Made by a program: the position numbers and the translations under genes. Below, one piece after another: positions 30,152 to 39,112 of a DNA stretch of 64,000 nt. Each line of letters opens with the position of its first letter. Position 1 is the stretch's first letter. Source of the stretch: a virus (taxonomy: Duplodnaviria > Caudoviricetes). The notes below the pieces were generated by a model. The model had not been told where the DNA came from, searched no databases, and was given only the letters and a program-made list of their open reading frames with translations. The stretch is from IMG/VR virus record IMGVR_UViG_3300011013_000010, positions 1,778 through 65,777 of that record. One strand, 5' to 3'.

Positions 30152-31728
30152 GTAAAATACCTTTTGTTGGACTACATGCGCATTCTGCTTGTTCTGTGTA
30201 TGATGGTTTGGGATTTCCAGATGAACATATTGACTTTGCGATTGAAAATGGTTCTGATGCACTAGCTTTAACGGATCACGGAAATCTAAATGGTTTGCCT
30301 TATCAGGTACTCCACTCTAAAAAGCTAGCAAAGGACGGCAAGAAGTTCAAACCAATCTATGGCGTTGAAGCATACTTCCATCCGTCTATTGAGCAATGGC
30401 AAAAAGACAAAGAACAGATTGATGCAGAAAAAGCTGCTTCAAAAAAGAAGGGCAAGAAAGACACCGGAACGGAAGTGTCTGCTGCTACTGTTGAAGACGA
30501 AGGAGCATCTAAACAAGCAATCAAGAATATCATCAACAAGCGTCGTCATATGATTCTCTTGGCACAGAACCAAGAAGGACTTCAGAACCTTTTCAGAATG
30601 ATCTCACAGTCTTACCAGACTCCAAACTTTTACAGATTTCCTCGCATTGACTATAAAATGCTTCAAGAGCATAACTCAGGCATCATTGCATCCTCAGCCT
30701 GTTTGGGTGGAGTGTATGCGGGGGATTTCTGGGAGCACCGAGACAATGGTGATGACGCAGTGTTGGAAGCAATGCGCGCTACCTCGCAGAATATGCTCGA
30801 CATCTTTGGTGACAGGTGGTACGGCGAACTTCAATGGAACAACGTTGAGGAACAGCACCAACTTAATCAAATGATCATCAAGGTGTGCAAGGAATACAGC
30901 ATTCCTTTGATCTCTACAGCAGATAGCCATTACCCAAATCCTGATGCTTGGAAAGATCGCCTTCTTTACAAGCGCCTCGCGTGGGCAGGTAGCAAAGATG
31001 TTGATACCAATCTCCCTGAAAATGTTGATGAGGTTGGTTATGAGCTTTACCCAAAGAATGGCGAACAAATGTGGGAGGCATACAAGAAGTATTCTGAAGC
31101 CCAAGGTGTGAAGTACGATGATGATTTGGTTCGTGCCTCTTTGGAAGAAACTTGCAATATTGCACACGAGCGCATTGAAAGCTTCTATCCAGACAACAAG
31201 ATTCGTCTTCCCAACTTTGTTGTTCCAAAGGGAACCACAGCAAAGGAAGAATTCATTAAGCTTGCCAACGAAGGTTTGCTTGAAATCAAGAAGCGCCTCA
31301 AACTGACTGGCAAAGAGTGGAAAGAATATAAAGATCGCCTTGAGTTGGAGCTTGAGGTGATTAACATCAATGGCTTTGCGAAGTATTTCCTCACTATGAA
31401 AGCTTTGGTAGATAGAGGTAACGAAGTAATGCTCTCCGGTCCTGCTCGCGGCTGTTTTCTGCCTGGGAACAAGGTTAAGATGGCAGACGATTTGTTTCTA
31501 AATATTGAAGAGATTCAAATTGGTGATATCGTTCTTGATGCTTTTAGTAACAAACGAGAGGTGATTGATACACTTTCTTATGACATAAACGAAGATATAA
31601 TTGAACTGGAGTTTGAAGATGGTAAAAAAGTGAAATGTACGCTGGATCATAAGTTTCTAACTTCCAATAGAGGGTGGGTAGAAGCACAGAGTTTAACTGA
31701 AGATGATGATGTAGTTGAAGTTTCGTAG
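30148..31728 (+). CDS. dnaE: DNA polymerase III alpha fragment 1 (PHP domain) + split intein N-part (31453-31725)
   Basis: LHAHS, ALTDHG, TADSHY, GPARG then CFLPG...CTLDHKF. Confidence 0.9.
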   Translation: MSKIPFVGLHAHSACSVYDGLGFPDEHIDFAIENGSDALALTDHGNLNGLPYQVLHSKKLAKDGKKFKPIYGVEAYFHPSIEQWQKDKEQIDAEKAASKKKGKKDTGTEVSAATVEDEGASKQAIKNIINKRRHMILLAQNQEGLQNLFRMISQSYQTPNFYRFPRIDYKMLQEHNSGIIASSACLGGVYAGDFWEHRDNGDDAVLEAMRATSQNMLDIFGDRWYGELQWNNVEEQHQLNQMIIKVCKEYSIPLISTADSHYPNPDAWKDRLLYKRLAWAGSKDVDTNLPENVDEVGYELYPKNGEQMWEAYKKYSEAQGVKYDDDLVRASLEETCNIAHERIESFYPDNKIRLPNFVVPKGTTAKEEFIKLANEGLLEIKKRLKLTGKEWKEYKDRLELELEVININGFAKYFLTMKALVDRGNEVMLSGPARGCFLPGNKVKMADDLFLNIEEIQIGDIVLDAFSNKREVIDTLSYDINEDIIELEFEDGKKVKCTLDHKFLTSNRGWVEAQSLTEDDDVVEVS

Positions 31729-31926
31729 AATGAGAATACAATTGTAGAAGTAAAGGGACGGGGCAGATGGTATGACAATAACAAGAAACAAGTTGACAAA
31801 AAGTTTTCAGTTTTAGAAGAGTTTTGTGAAGTAAATGGAATGATATCTAGAATGATATTTGACGATGAAATAGGGAAAGACTTGTGGAAAGAAGCAAAAA
31901 GGATTCATAATGAAAATTGTAAATAA
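31729..31926 (+). pseudogene. C-terminal remnant of a PD-(D/E)xK endonuclease
   Basis: Frame reads NENTIVEVKG...KKFSVLEEFCEVNG; no start before the EVK motif; overlaps next ORF start. Confidence 0.55.
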
Positions 31927-33586
31927 AAAAATAGTTCCCTATAAGGGAAAAGTTCACGATCTTACAGTTGAGATTTCTCACACATACAATGTGGAAGGTA
32001 AAGCTGTTCATAATTCTGCTGCTGGTTCATTGGTGGCTTATGCTTTGAAGATTACACAAATCAATCCCATTCAATGGGATCTTCAGTTCGAACGTTTTAT
32101 GACCAAGAATCAGAAAGACAATGGCTTTCCTGATATTGATCACGACGTTTCAGATCCAATGAAGTTGAAGGATATCCTCATCGACGCTTGGGGGGACAAT
32201 GTGGTTGTTCCTATTTCAAACTGGAACACGTTACAACTGCGCAGTCTTATCAAGGATGTTGGTAAGTTCTATGGTGTTCCGTTTACTGAAACAAACGCAG
32301 TAACTAATAAAATGCTTTACGAAGCTACGCCAAAAGCCAAGGCTGCTCACGGCATCAAGGCAGGTCTCTATGTTCCAACCTTTAAAGAGGTGATGGAATA
32401 TAGTGATAGTCTTCAAACTTTCCTTGCGAAATATCCTCACATTGAAACTCACGTTACCCGTTTGCACGGCTCTATTAAGAGTGCTTCACGCCACGCTGGC
32501 GGTATTGTGATTGCTGAAAACCTAGATGAGTGGATGCCATTGATCAACTCTAAGGGTGTCCGCCAGACTCCTTGGTCTGAGGGTATGAATGTTAAGCACC
32601 TAGAACCTTCAGGTTTTATTAAGTTTGATCTTCTTGGGTTAGCATCTCTTCGTATGATGGAAGTGGCGATTACTCACATTTTGAAGAGACACTATGACAT
32701 TAAAGAGCCGACCTTTGCACAGGTTAAGGAGTTTTACGACACGAAACTACACCCAGACAACCTCGACCTCAACGATCAGGACGTCTACACTAATATTTTT
32801 CACGAAGGGCGTTGGGCAGGTGTGTTTCAATTTACGAATGACGGCGCTCAAAAACTTTGTTCCAAAGCTAAGCCAACAAACATTGTTGATATTTCAGCAA
32901 TAACAAGCATTTACAGACCAGGACCCATGTCTGCGAACGTTCACGTTGATTACATTAAGGCAAAAAACGACCCAAAAAGCGTTGAATATCCTAATAGATA
33001 TTACCAAGCAGAGACGGAAGAAACTTTTGGCTTCTTGATTTTTCAGGAACAGATTGCTAAGATTGCACATAGGATTGGGCAGGACTTGTCACTTGATGAA
33101 GGTAATAAGCTTAGAAAGGTAATCATCAAGCGTGATGCTGCTTCTAAGAAGTTGACAGAAAAGTTGCACAAGAAGTTTTCCGATGGTGCAGCTAAAAAAG
33201 GCATTCTGCCAAGTGATGCAAATGATTTGTGGGAGAAGTTTGAGTTCTTCTCAGGTTATGGTTTTAATAAAAGCTTGCACTTTTCCGAACTAGTGTCTAT
33301 TTATGATGTAGAAGGAAATTTTGTAGGAGATAAACCAATCAAAGAAGTTGTTCCTGGCGATTATGTTCGCTCTAGGGACGAAGCAACAAAAGAAGATATT
33401 TTTGTGGCAGTAAAAGAGAACCACAATCACGGTAAGTTAAAATTGATTGAATTTGAACTAGACACGGGAGAAAGGGTAAAATGCACAATGAATCACAAGT
33501 TTCGAGTAAGAGACGGAAGAATGCTTCCTTTGTGGAAAATTTTAGAGGAGGATTTGGATATCGTTGTGTCTGCGGAAAAGAAGTAA
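31910..33586 (+). CDS. dnaE: DnaE fragment 2: intein C-part (31910-32014) + catalytic core + second intein N-part (33272-33583)
   Basis: VHN/SAAGSLVAY, PDIDHD, SRHAGG, KFDLLGL, YRPGPM, YGFNK/SL...TMNHKF. Confidence 0.9.
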   Translation: MKIVNKKIVPYKGKVHDLTVEISHTYNVEGKAVHNSAAGSLVAYALKITQINPIQWDLQFERFMTKNQKDNGFPDIDHDVSDPMKLKDILIDAWGDNVVVPISNWNTLQLRSLIKDVGKFYGVPFTETNAVTNKMLYEATPKAKAAHGIKAGLYVPTFKEVMEYSDSLQTFLAKYPHIETHVTRLHGSIKSASRHAGGIVIAENLDEWMPLINSKGVRQTPWSEGMNVKHLEPSGFIKFDLLGLASLRMMEVAITHILKRHYDIKEPTFAQVKEFYDTKLHPDNLDLNDQDVYTNIFHEGRWAGVFQFTNDGAQKLCSKAKPTNIVDISAITSIYRPGPMSANVHVDYIKAKNDPKSVEYPNRYYQAETEETFGFLIFQEQIAKIAHRIGQDLSLDEGNKLRKVIIKRDAASKKLTEKLHKKFSDGAAKKGILPSDANDLWEKFEFFSGYGFNKSLHFSELVSIYDVEGNFVGDKPIKEVVPGDYVRSRDEATKEDIFVAVKENHNHGKLKLIEFELDTGERVKCTMNHKFRVRDGRMLPLWKILEEDLDIVVSAEKK

Positions 33587-34566
33587 AAACATCGAGTGGT
33601 TTGTATAAGCACGGTAAGAAATGTGAAGAATATTTAAAGACTGAAAGTGTTTTTCGAAATTCTATTCTAGCAGAGGCTAAAGAAAAAGCAGAACAAGAAG
33701 GAAAAATTAAATGTTTGAATTGTTCATACTGGGGACACAACTTAAAAGAACACATTAAAAACAATCATAATTTGACATTAGAGCAGTATTCTGGACAGAC
33801 TTTATCGGAGCCGACGAAAGAGAATTATTCAAACCAAAATAAAGAAAATGGGGACTGGATTACAAGAGAAAAAGAGAAAGGTACTGATTTGAAAGAATAT
33901 TTTAAACACATGGGAGAAAGTGTTTCTAGGTCTATTTTAAACAATCCGAAAGAAAGAAAACGACGTTCACAACTTTTAGGAAATCTGAACAAGAGAGAAG
34001 ATTTTCGTTACCGTGCTTCGGAAACAGCCAAGAAAACTTCGAATAGAAAAGACATTCAAGAACAACGCGCGCTGCGTCTTAAGAAATGGAGAGAAGAAAA
34101 TCCTGAAGAGTTTTATGAGAAGTGTATCAAGCAGATGCACAAATTCAAATCAAAACCAGAGAAAGATCTGTTTCGATACTTAATAGAGTTTTTTGAAGAG
34201 TTTGAATTCAAAAATAATCAACAGATTCAAGACAATTTGTTCTCTATGAATAAAACCAGAAGAAAACAAGTAGATATAATTTCTAAAGAGAACAAAGTGA
34301 TCGTTGAAGTTGACGGACCTTACCATTTTAAACCAATAAGAGGAGAACAGGTATTAAAAAACGTTGTACTGAAAGATAAAGCTCTAAATAAATATGCGTT
34401 TAAAGAAGAGTTTCTTCTTGTAAGAATATCGACTTCTCAATACGACTATCGTGGTGAAGGAGAGTTCTCAGAAAAGTGTCTTGACAAACTTAATGAATTG
34501 CTGTACAATAGACAGCCTGGTATATTTTTTTTAGGAGAAGAATATGGCGAAAATAATTGCTTATAG
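33481..34566 (+). CDS. Free-standing Vsr/DUF559-like homing endonuclease (start uncertain)
   Basis: N-terminal Cys/His zinc motifs; SKPE..VD..IVEVDGPYH..KD. Confidence 0.75.
   Translation: MHNESQVSSKRRKNASFVENFRGGFGYRCVCGKEVKTSSGLYKHGKKCEEYLKTESVFRNSILAEAKEKAEQEGKIKCLNCSYWGHNLKEHIKNNHNLTLEQYSGQTLSEPTKENYSNQNKENGDWITREKEKGTDLKEYFKHMGESVSRSILNNPKERKRRSQLLGNLNKREDFRYRASETAKKTSNRKDIQEQRALRLKKWREENPEEFYEKCIKQMHKFKSKPEKDLFRYLIEFFEEFEFKNNQQIQDNLFSMNKTRRKQVDIISKENKVIVEVDGPYHFKPIRGEQVLKNVVLKDKALNKYAFKEEFLLVRISTSQYDYRGEGEFSEKCLDKLNELLYNRQPGIFFLGEEYGENNCL
34481..34509 (+). promoter_or_regulatory. Internal promoter for dnaE fragment 3
   Basis: TTGACA-17-TACAAT, then SD AGGAG before ATG 34544. Confidence 0.65.
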
Positions 34567-34765
34567 AGAAAATGAAGAAGGAGAAACATTTGATCTCGAA
34601 CTTGAGCATCAAGATCATCAATATTATCTTGCCAACGGCGTGTTAACTAGTAACTCGCACGCTGTTTCTTATTCCGTACTCTCATATCAATGTGCTTGGT
34701 TGATGAACTATTATACTGTTGAGTGGATGGCAGCTTTTTTACAAATGGAGGAGGAAAAGAACTAA
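34544..34765 (+). CDS. dnaE: DnaE fragment 3: intein C-part (34544-34654) + 36-aa extein
   Basis: TFDLEL..YYLANGVLTSN/SHAVSYSVLSYQCAWL. Confidence 0.85.
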   Translation: MAKIIAYRENEEGETFDLELEHQDHQYYLANGVLTSNSHAVSYSVLSYQCAWLMNYYTVEWMAAFLQMEEEKN

Positions 34766-34811
34766 GCTCTTCTGCTTATGAGACAACCAAAAGGTTGCTA
34801 AGAAATAATAA

Positions 34812-34877
34812 ATGAAAGCAGCATATAAGATAGAAAATATCGTAAATAACATTTCCTGGAAGGATAAAAAACTATGA
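34812..34877 (+). pseudogene. 21-aa remnant of a GIY-YIG endonuclease
   Basis: MKAAYKIENIVNN resembles the GIY-YIG start; TGA overlaps ATG 34874. Confidence 0.5.
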
Positions 34878-35662
34878 GTAATATAGAAAAAGCCATCAGC
34901 ATCGCTAAGGGGCAAGGGTTTGAAATAATGCCTTTGGATATCAACAAGTCTGGTGCGGTGTGGGAAATCTCTGAAGATGGAAAGACGCTCATTCAGCCCC
35001 TCACTTCGATCAAAGGATTCGGCGAGAAAGCAATGAAAGAAGTGGTAGACCATCGCCCATTCAATACAATTGAGGAGTTCTTGTTCCACCCTCGTGTGCT
35101 TTACAGTAAGTTGAACAAAAAGAACCTTGATGTATTATGCAGGAGTGGTGCTTTGAAGTGCCTGCAAGATGAGAGGTTCACAGGAGATAAGCATTTTTGG
35201 ACAGCTGTTGCAGTAATGCGTCCGCGCAAGCCTAAGGATTTGGAAGACAATATTACAGCAGAAGAGTTCCGTGAGGAAGGAAGCTTTAGTAAAGAGGAGC
35301 AAATCAGCAACCTTGTGGAATTGATCGGTCAGTTTCCGATTAGACAAGTAATGCCAGATTCAACTATTCAGCGTCTTGAAGAGCGTGGTATTCCAGCTAT
35401 TGGAGATTTTGATCCAGAGGAAGATGATGTAGTATGGTTTATTCCGCGCAAACTAATCAAAAAGAAAACAAAGAGAGGAAGTACATACGTGATTATTGAA
35501 TGTGTAGACAGTTCTAGCAAGATTACGAAAATTAAGTGTTGGAACTTTAAAGATTCAACTAAGATTTACATTAATCGTCCATATGTTGGGCGTGTAGAGT
35601 ATGATGAACAGTGGGGTTTTTCCACTCGTTCAGCTTCTCATAACTTTAAGTTGGTGGGATAA
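34874..35662 (+). CDS. dnaE: DnaE fragment 4 (HhH and OB-fold)
   Basis: PLDINKS, LTSIKGFGEKA, RPF..IEEF, SGAL, KKTKRG..IIECVD. Confidence 0.85.
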   Translation: MSNIEKAISIAKGQGFEIMPLDINKSGAVWEISEDGKTLIQPLTSIKGFGEKAMKEVVDHRPFNTIEEFLFHPRVLYSKLNKKNLDVLCRSGALKCLQDERFTGDKHFWTAVAVMRPRKPKDLEDNITAEEFREEGSFSKEEQISNLVELIGQFPIRQVMPDSTIQRLEERGIPAIGDFDPEEDDVVWFIPRKLIKKKTKRGSTYVIIECVDSSSKITKIKCWNFKDSTKIYINRPYVGRVEYDEQWGFSTRSASHNFKLVG

Positions 35663-35853
35663 TGATTGTTGCTCATTGTATAGTATTGCTGGTAGCAGCG
35701 TTTTTTGTAGCCTGGAATGGTTCAAGTGCTTATGAATATTTCATTGCAGAAAAATACGTTTGGTTTGCCTTTAATGGTTTTATTATGATATGGATGTTGC
35801 TCATTTCTAAAAGTCATATTGATGCTCTCACAGAAGATAAAGGAGAAAAATGA
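35662..35853 (+). CDS. Small membrane protein
   Basis: Two hydrophobic segments; coupled to neighbours. Confidence 0.55.
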   Translation: MIVAHCIVLLVAAFFVAWNGSSAYEYFIAEKYVWFAFNGFIMIWMLLISKSHIDALTEDKGEK

Positions 35854-36749
35854 AAGATAGAAAACACAAACCACTGTTTATGTGGGCTGGCGGAAAAAAT
35901 AAGATGATTAAGAAATACCTTGATTTTCTTCCTAATGATTTCAATGTTTACGTCGAGCCGTTTTTCGGCGGCGGCGCCCTCTTTTTATGGGCTTATGAAA
36001 AAAATCCAGAAGCAACCTTTATTTTGAATGACGTTAACGTTGATATTATGAATATTTACAAGTCTGTCAAAAACAATGTTGAAGATTTTACTACAGAAGT
36101 TGATTTACTCTCAGAAGAATACTTAAAGTTAGAAAAAAGTCCAGCCACCAAGGAGAATGGAATTAAAGAGTTTCATGGCAGAGCTAAATATTTTTATGAT
36201 CTGAGGCATGAACATGCTTATCATTATTCGGAATGGTCCAGTATCAAACAAGCAGCTGTTTTATACTTTCTTATGAAGACAGGTTTCAACGGCATATGGC
36301 AAATTAATAAAAACACCAATAATAGGTTTGGTACTCCAGCTGGTCTTTTGAATCAGAAAGATAAAGTTTACAACAAAGAAGATGTTTACTATTGGAGCAA
36401 GGCTCTAAAGAACGCCATCATCATAAATGAAGATTTCTCTTGTGTTGAAAAATATCTGGGTTCAGAAACATTCTTGTTTTTAGATCCACCCTACAGAAAT
36501 TCTTTTACTCAATACAATGTTGATTTTGATGATGAAGAGCAGAAAAGAGTTATTAACTTGTTGCATCTTGCAAAATCTAAAGGAACTAAAGCTTTTCTAT
36601 CCAATAGAGACGGAGATGATTTGTTTTTTGAGTCTCTTTGCCAATACGATACAATACGCAAGTTTGATGTAACCTATACTGCTGGGCGTCGCAAGAAGAC
36701 TGAAAACGGGTTTGAAGCCAAGAAGGCTAGAGAAGTTCTTATCTTTTAA
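35850..36749 (+). CDS. dam: Dam-family (D12) adenine methyltransferase
   Basis: WAGGK, YVEPFFGGGA, LNDVN, GFNG, FLDPPY. Confidence 0.85.
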   Translation: MKDRKHKPLFMWAGGKNKMIKKYLDFLPNDFNVYVEPFFGGGALFLWAYEKNPEATFILNDVNVDIMNIYKSVKNNVEDFTTEVDLLSEEYLKLEKSPATKENGIKEFHGRAKYFYDLRHEHAYHYSEWSSIKQAAVLYFLMKTGFNGIWQINKNTNNRFGTPAGLLNQKDKVYNKEDVYYWSKALKNAIIINEDFSCVEKYLGSETFLFLDPPYRNSFTQYNVDFDDEEQKRVINLLHLAKSKGTKAFLSNRDGDDLFFESLCQYDTIRKFDVTYTAGRRKKTENGFEAKKAREVLIF

Positions 36750-36763
36750 CACAAAAGGAGAAA

Positions 36764-36952
36764 ATGAAGATGTCGAAAAAGATGCTGGAAATGAAGAGAG
36801 TTGAAATGTTTTTAGGAGATGGTATGCGCGAAGTAGTTGTTGTTACTTCTCCTGTTGACCAGATGATTTTTAACGATGAACGCAAGTTTCACCTAAAGGT
36901 AACAAAAGAAGGCGAAGTTACTTTAGAAACTATTGAAGGAGAAGAGAAATGA
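36764..36952 (+). CDS. Hypothetical protein
   Basis: SD AAGGAG; coupled to dUTPase. Confidence 0.55.
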   Translation: MKMSKKMLEMKRVEMFLGDGMREVVVVTSPVDQMIFNDERKFHLKVTKEGEVTLETIEGEEK

Positions 36953-37416
36953 TTTTAGAATACGCAAAAGTAAGAAAGAACGTTAAGACGCCAACGCGCA
37001 GCAACCCTAGTGATGCTGGAATGGATGTGTTTTATTGTCCTGACAAAGAAGAGACCATTTCTCTTCCTCCTCTAGGCAAAGTTCTATTGCCTACTGGTCT
37101 AAAGATTGCTATTCCTCACGGATTTGCATTAGAAATAAAGAATCGTTCAGGACTAGCTTCTAAAGAAGGTTTGGTAGTTGGCGGGTGCTTGGTTGATCCT
37201 GGTTATGAAGGAGAGATTAAGGTCGATATTCACAACATTTCACAACACAATAAAATTATTGAACCAGGTGCCAAGATTGCTCAGTTTGTGATCTATCCTG
37301 TTGTACACGTTCGTATGACAGAGAAGTTTCCGAACGAACTGTTCAACGAACAAAAGCCTATCACGATGAGCAATCGTGGTTCTAGTGGGTTTGGGAGCAC
37401 CGACTCTAGTGATTGA
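36949..37416 (+). CDS. dut: dUTPase
   Basis: DAGMD, RSGLA, VDPGYEGE, IAQF, RGSSGFGST. Confidence 0.95.
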   Translation: MILEYAKVRKNVKTPTRSNPSDAGMDVFYCPDKEETISLPPLGKVLLPTGLKIAIPHGFALEIKNRSGLASKEGLVVGGCLVDPGYEGEIKVDIHNISQHNKIIEPGAKIAQFVIYPVVHVRMTEKFPNELFNEQKPITMSNRGSSGFGSTDSSD

Positions 37417-37588
37417 GTATATCGCTAAAGCTGATACTTGGTTTGACGAAGGTACTAAAGCTGAAATGCTTAGTGGTCCGTGGGATGGTGAAATGCCCAA
37501 GCTTGGTTTGTTTGCTGGAATAAAGAATGGCAAGCCAGATGAGGAAGTTTGTAGTCTAGATGAGTTTGAAATAAGGAGTAAACTATGA
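37409..37588 (+). CDS. Hypothetical protein (probable GTG start)
   Basis: YIAKADTWFDEGT...DEEVCSLDEF. Confidence 0.55.
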   Translation: MIEYIAKADTWFDEGTKAEMLSGPWDGEMPKLGLFAGIKNGKPDEEVCSLDEFEIRSKL

Positions 37589-38004
37589 GCTATGAGGAAT
37601 ACGCAAAAACTGCGAGAGCAATAAAAGAACATTCTGAAGAGATGAGAAAAGAGTTAAGCAAATACGGACCCGACTATTACTTTGAAAAAGTTGAAGGGTA
37701 CATTAAAGTGCTGTTTGAAAGGTTTGCTCCTTTCAAAAAAGGGGATAGGGTGATTCTAACCAAGACCCCAGAAATCAATAAAGAAGAATCCTGGGGATGG
37801 ATAGGTTCAAAGCATTTTCTCGTCAAAGGCGCTAAAGCGACTGTTTGCGAAGTGGACTATTACAGAGAGAAGTTTAGGTGTAGTGTGAAGTTTGATGATG
37901 ATAGTCATATCAATCACGTAACGCAACAAGTTGAGCTAACTCCCCCAGATAGGCGTAGTTTTTATTCTTTCAACGAAGACTTTTTGGTGAAAATCGATGG
38001 ATGA
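37585..38004 (+). CDS. Hypothetical protein with SH3-like C-terminus
   Basis: FKKGDRVIL; coupled ORF. Confidence 0.55.
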   Translation: MSYEEYAKTARAIKEHSEEMRKELSKYGPDYYFEKVEGYIKVLFERFAPFKKGDRVILTKTPEINKEESWGWIGSKHFLVKGAKATVCEVDYYREKFRCSVKFDDDSHINHVTQQVELTPPDRRSFYSFNEDFLVKIDG

Positions 38005-38506
38005 ATCAACAAAGAAAGTAATGTTCTCAAAGAAGAGCGACGAATGGGCTACGCCTCAAGAGTTTTACGATAAGCTGAATGAGATTTTTGGCTTCACACT
38101 TGATCCGTGCGCAACCCACGAGAATCATAAATGTGATAAATACTTCACAATGGAAGATGACGGTCTTGCTCAGAGTTGGAGTGGAGAGACATCATTTGTA
38201 AACAACCCCTATTCAGCCAATAAACAATGGTCTCAAAAATGTGTCGAAGAAGGGTTAAAGGAAGACACATTGGTGGCTATGTTGCTGCCTGCACGAGTTG
38301 AAACTAGGTTTTTTCAAGATCTGTTGTTTCCAAATTCTAGATATGTTCTCTTTGTTAAACGTAGATTAAAGTTTGGAGGACACAAAAACTCTGCTCCATT
38401 TCCGTCAGCACTTTGTATCATAACAACTAGGGAGATTCTCCCTGAGCAATTACTTAAATTGAAAGAACTTGGGAGGGTTTTGATTGAAGAAAGGAATAAT
38501 ATATAA
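37997..38506 (+). CDS. Phage N6-adenine DNA methyltransferase
   Basis: DEWATP, FTLDPCA, DGLAQSW, NNPYS, LLPAR, APFPS. Confidence 0.9.
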   Translation: MDESTKKVMFSKKSDEWATPQEFYDKLNEIFGFTLDPCATHENHKCDKYFTMEDDGLAQSWSGETSFVNNPYSANKQWSQKCVEEGLKEDTLVAMLLPARVETRFFQDLLFPNSRYVLFVKRRLKFGGHKNSAPFPSALCIITTREILPEQLLKLKELGRVLIEERNNI

Positions 38507-38672
38507 GGTTTCATCTCCATCTGGAAAGGTTTATGTAGGGCAAACCAAATGTTCTCTTAAAAAGAGAAAGAGAGAACATTTACAAAAGGCTTTTATTTCT
38601 GAGAGTACGATGTATAGAACGAAATTTGCTCAAGCTGTTAGAAAATATGAAAATCTCTTAAAGGAAAAATGA
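38484..38672 (+). pseudogene. Truncated GIY-YIG endonuclease N-terminus
   Basis: GIIYKVSSPSGKVYVGQT...R..EH; stops after 62 aa. Confidence 0.65.
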
Positions 38673-39112
38673 CTGGCGAGAAAAATCCAATGTTTGGGAC
38701 CATTAAAACTGAAGAAGAGGTTAGAGAGCGCTCCAAAAAGTGGATTGCAATATCACCAGAAGGAAAAATGTTTGAATTTTACAGCTTGAGAAGGTTTTGT
38801 AGAGAAGAGAAATTAACATTTTGGCACATGAATAATGTTGCTAGAGGAAAAGAGTTGCATCACAAGAGGTGGCTTTGTTATTTGCAAGAAGATTTTTCTC
38901 CACAAAAGGTAAAAGAATCGAGAGAGCAAATAGAAAAGAATCAACCAATGTACGAATTGTATTCTCCAAGTGGAGAAAAGTTTGTTACAACAAATTTAAG
39001 AAAATTTAGTATCGAAAGAGGGCTCAACAACTCTTGTCTCATAGGGGTTGCTAAAGGGCAAAGAAAGCATCATAAAGGTTGGAAAGCTATTAAAACATTG
39101 GAGAGGAAATAA
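38669..39112 (+). CDS. NUMOD-type DNA-binding C-terminal part of a homing endonuclease
   Basis: GEKNPMFG and two SPxG..LRxF..HHKxW repeats. Confidence 0.65.
   Translation: MTGEKNPMFGTIKTEEEVRERSKKWIAISPEGKMFEFYSLRRFCREEKLTFWHMNNVARGKELHHKRWLCYLQEDFSPQKVKESREQIEKNQPMYELYSPSGEKFVTTNLRKFSIERGLNNSCLIGVAKGQRKHHKGWKAIKTLERK

Noticed and set aside
31726-31926. TAG readthrough or stop-codon recoding, since an open frame follows the dnaE-1 stop
   Set aside because: TAG ends several complete genes (1132, 18449, 22122, 24051); long genes have no internal stops; the downstream frame looks like a nuclease remnant
34766-34873. Group I intron or gene-60-like ribosomal bypass in dnaE
   Set aside because: Too short for a ribozyme core; the matching AAC near 34870 leads to a stop; fragment 4 has its own SD and ATG
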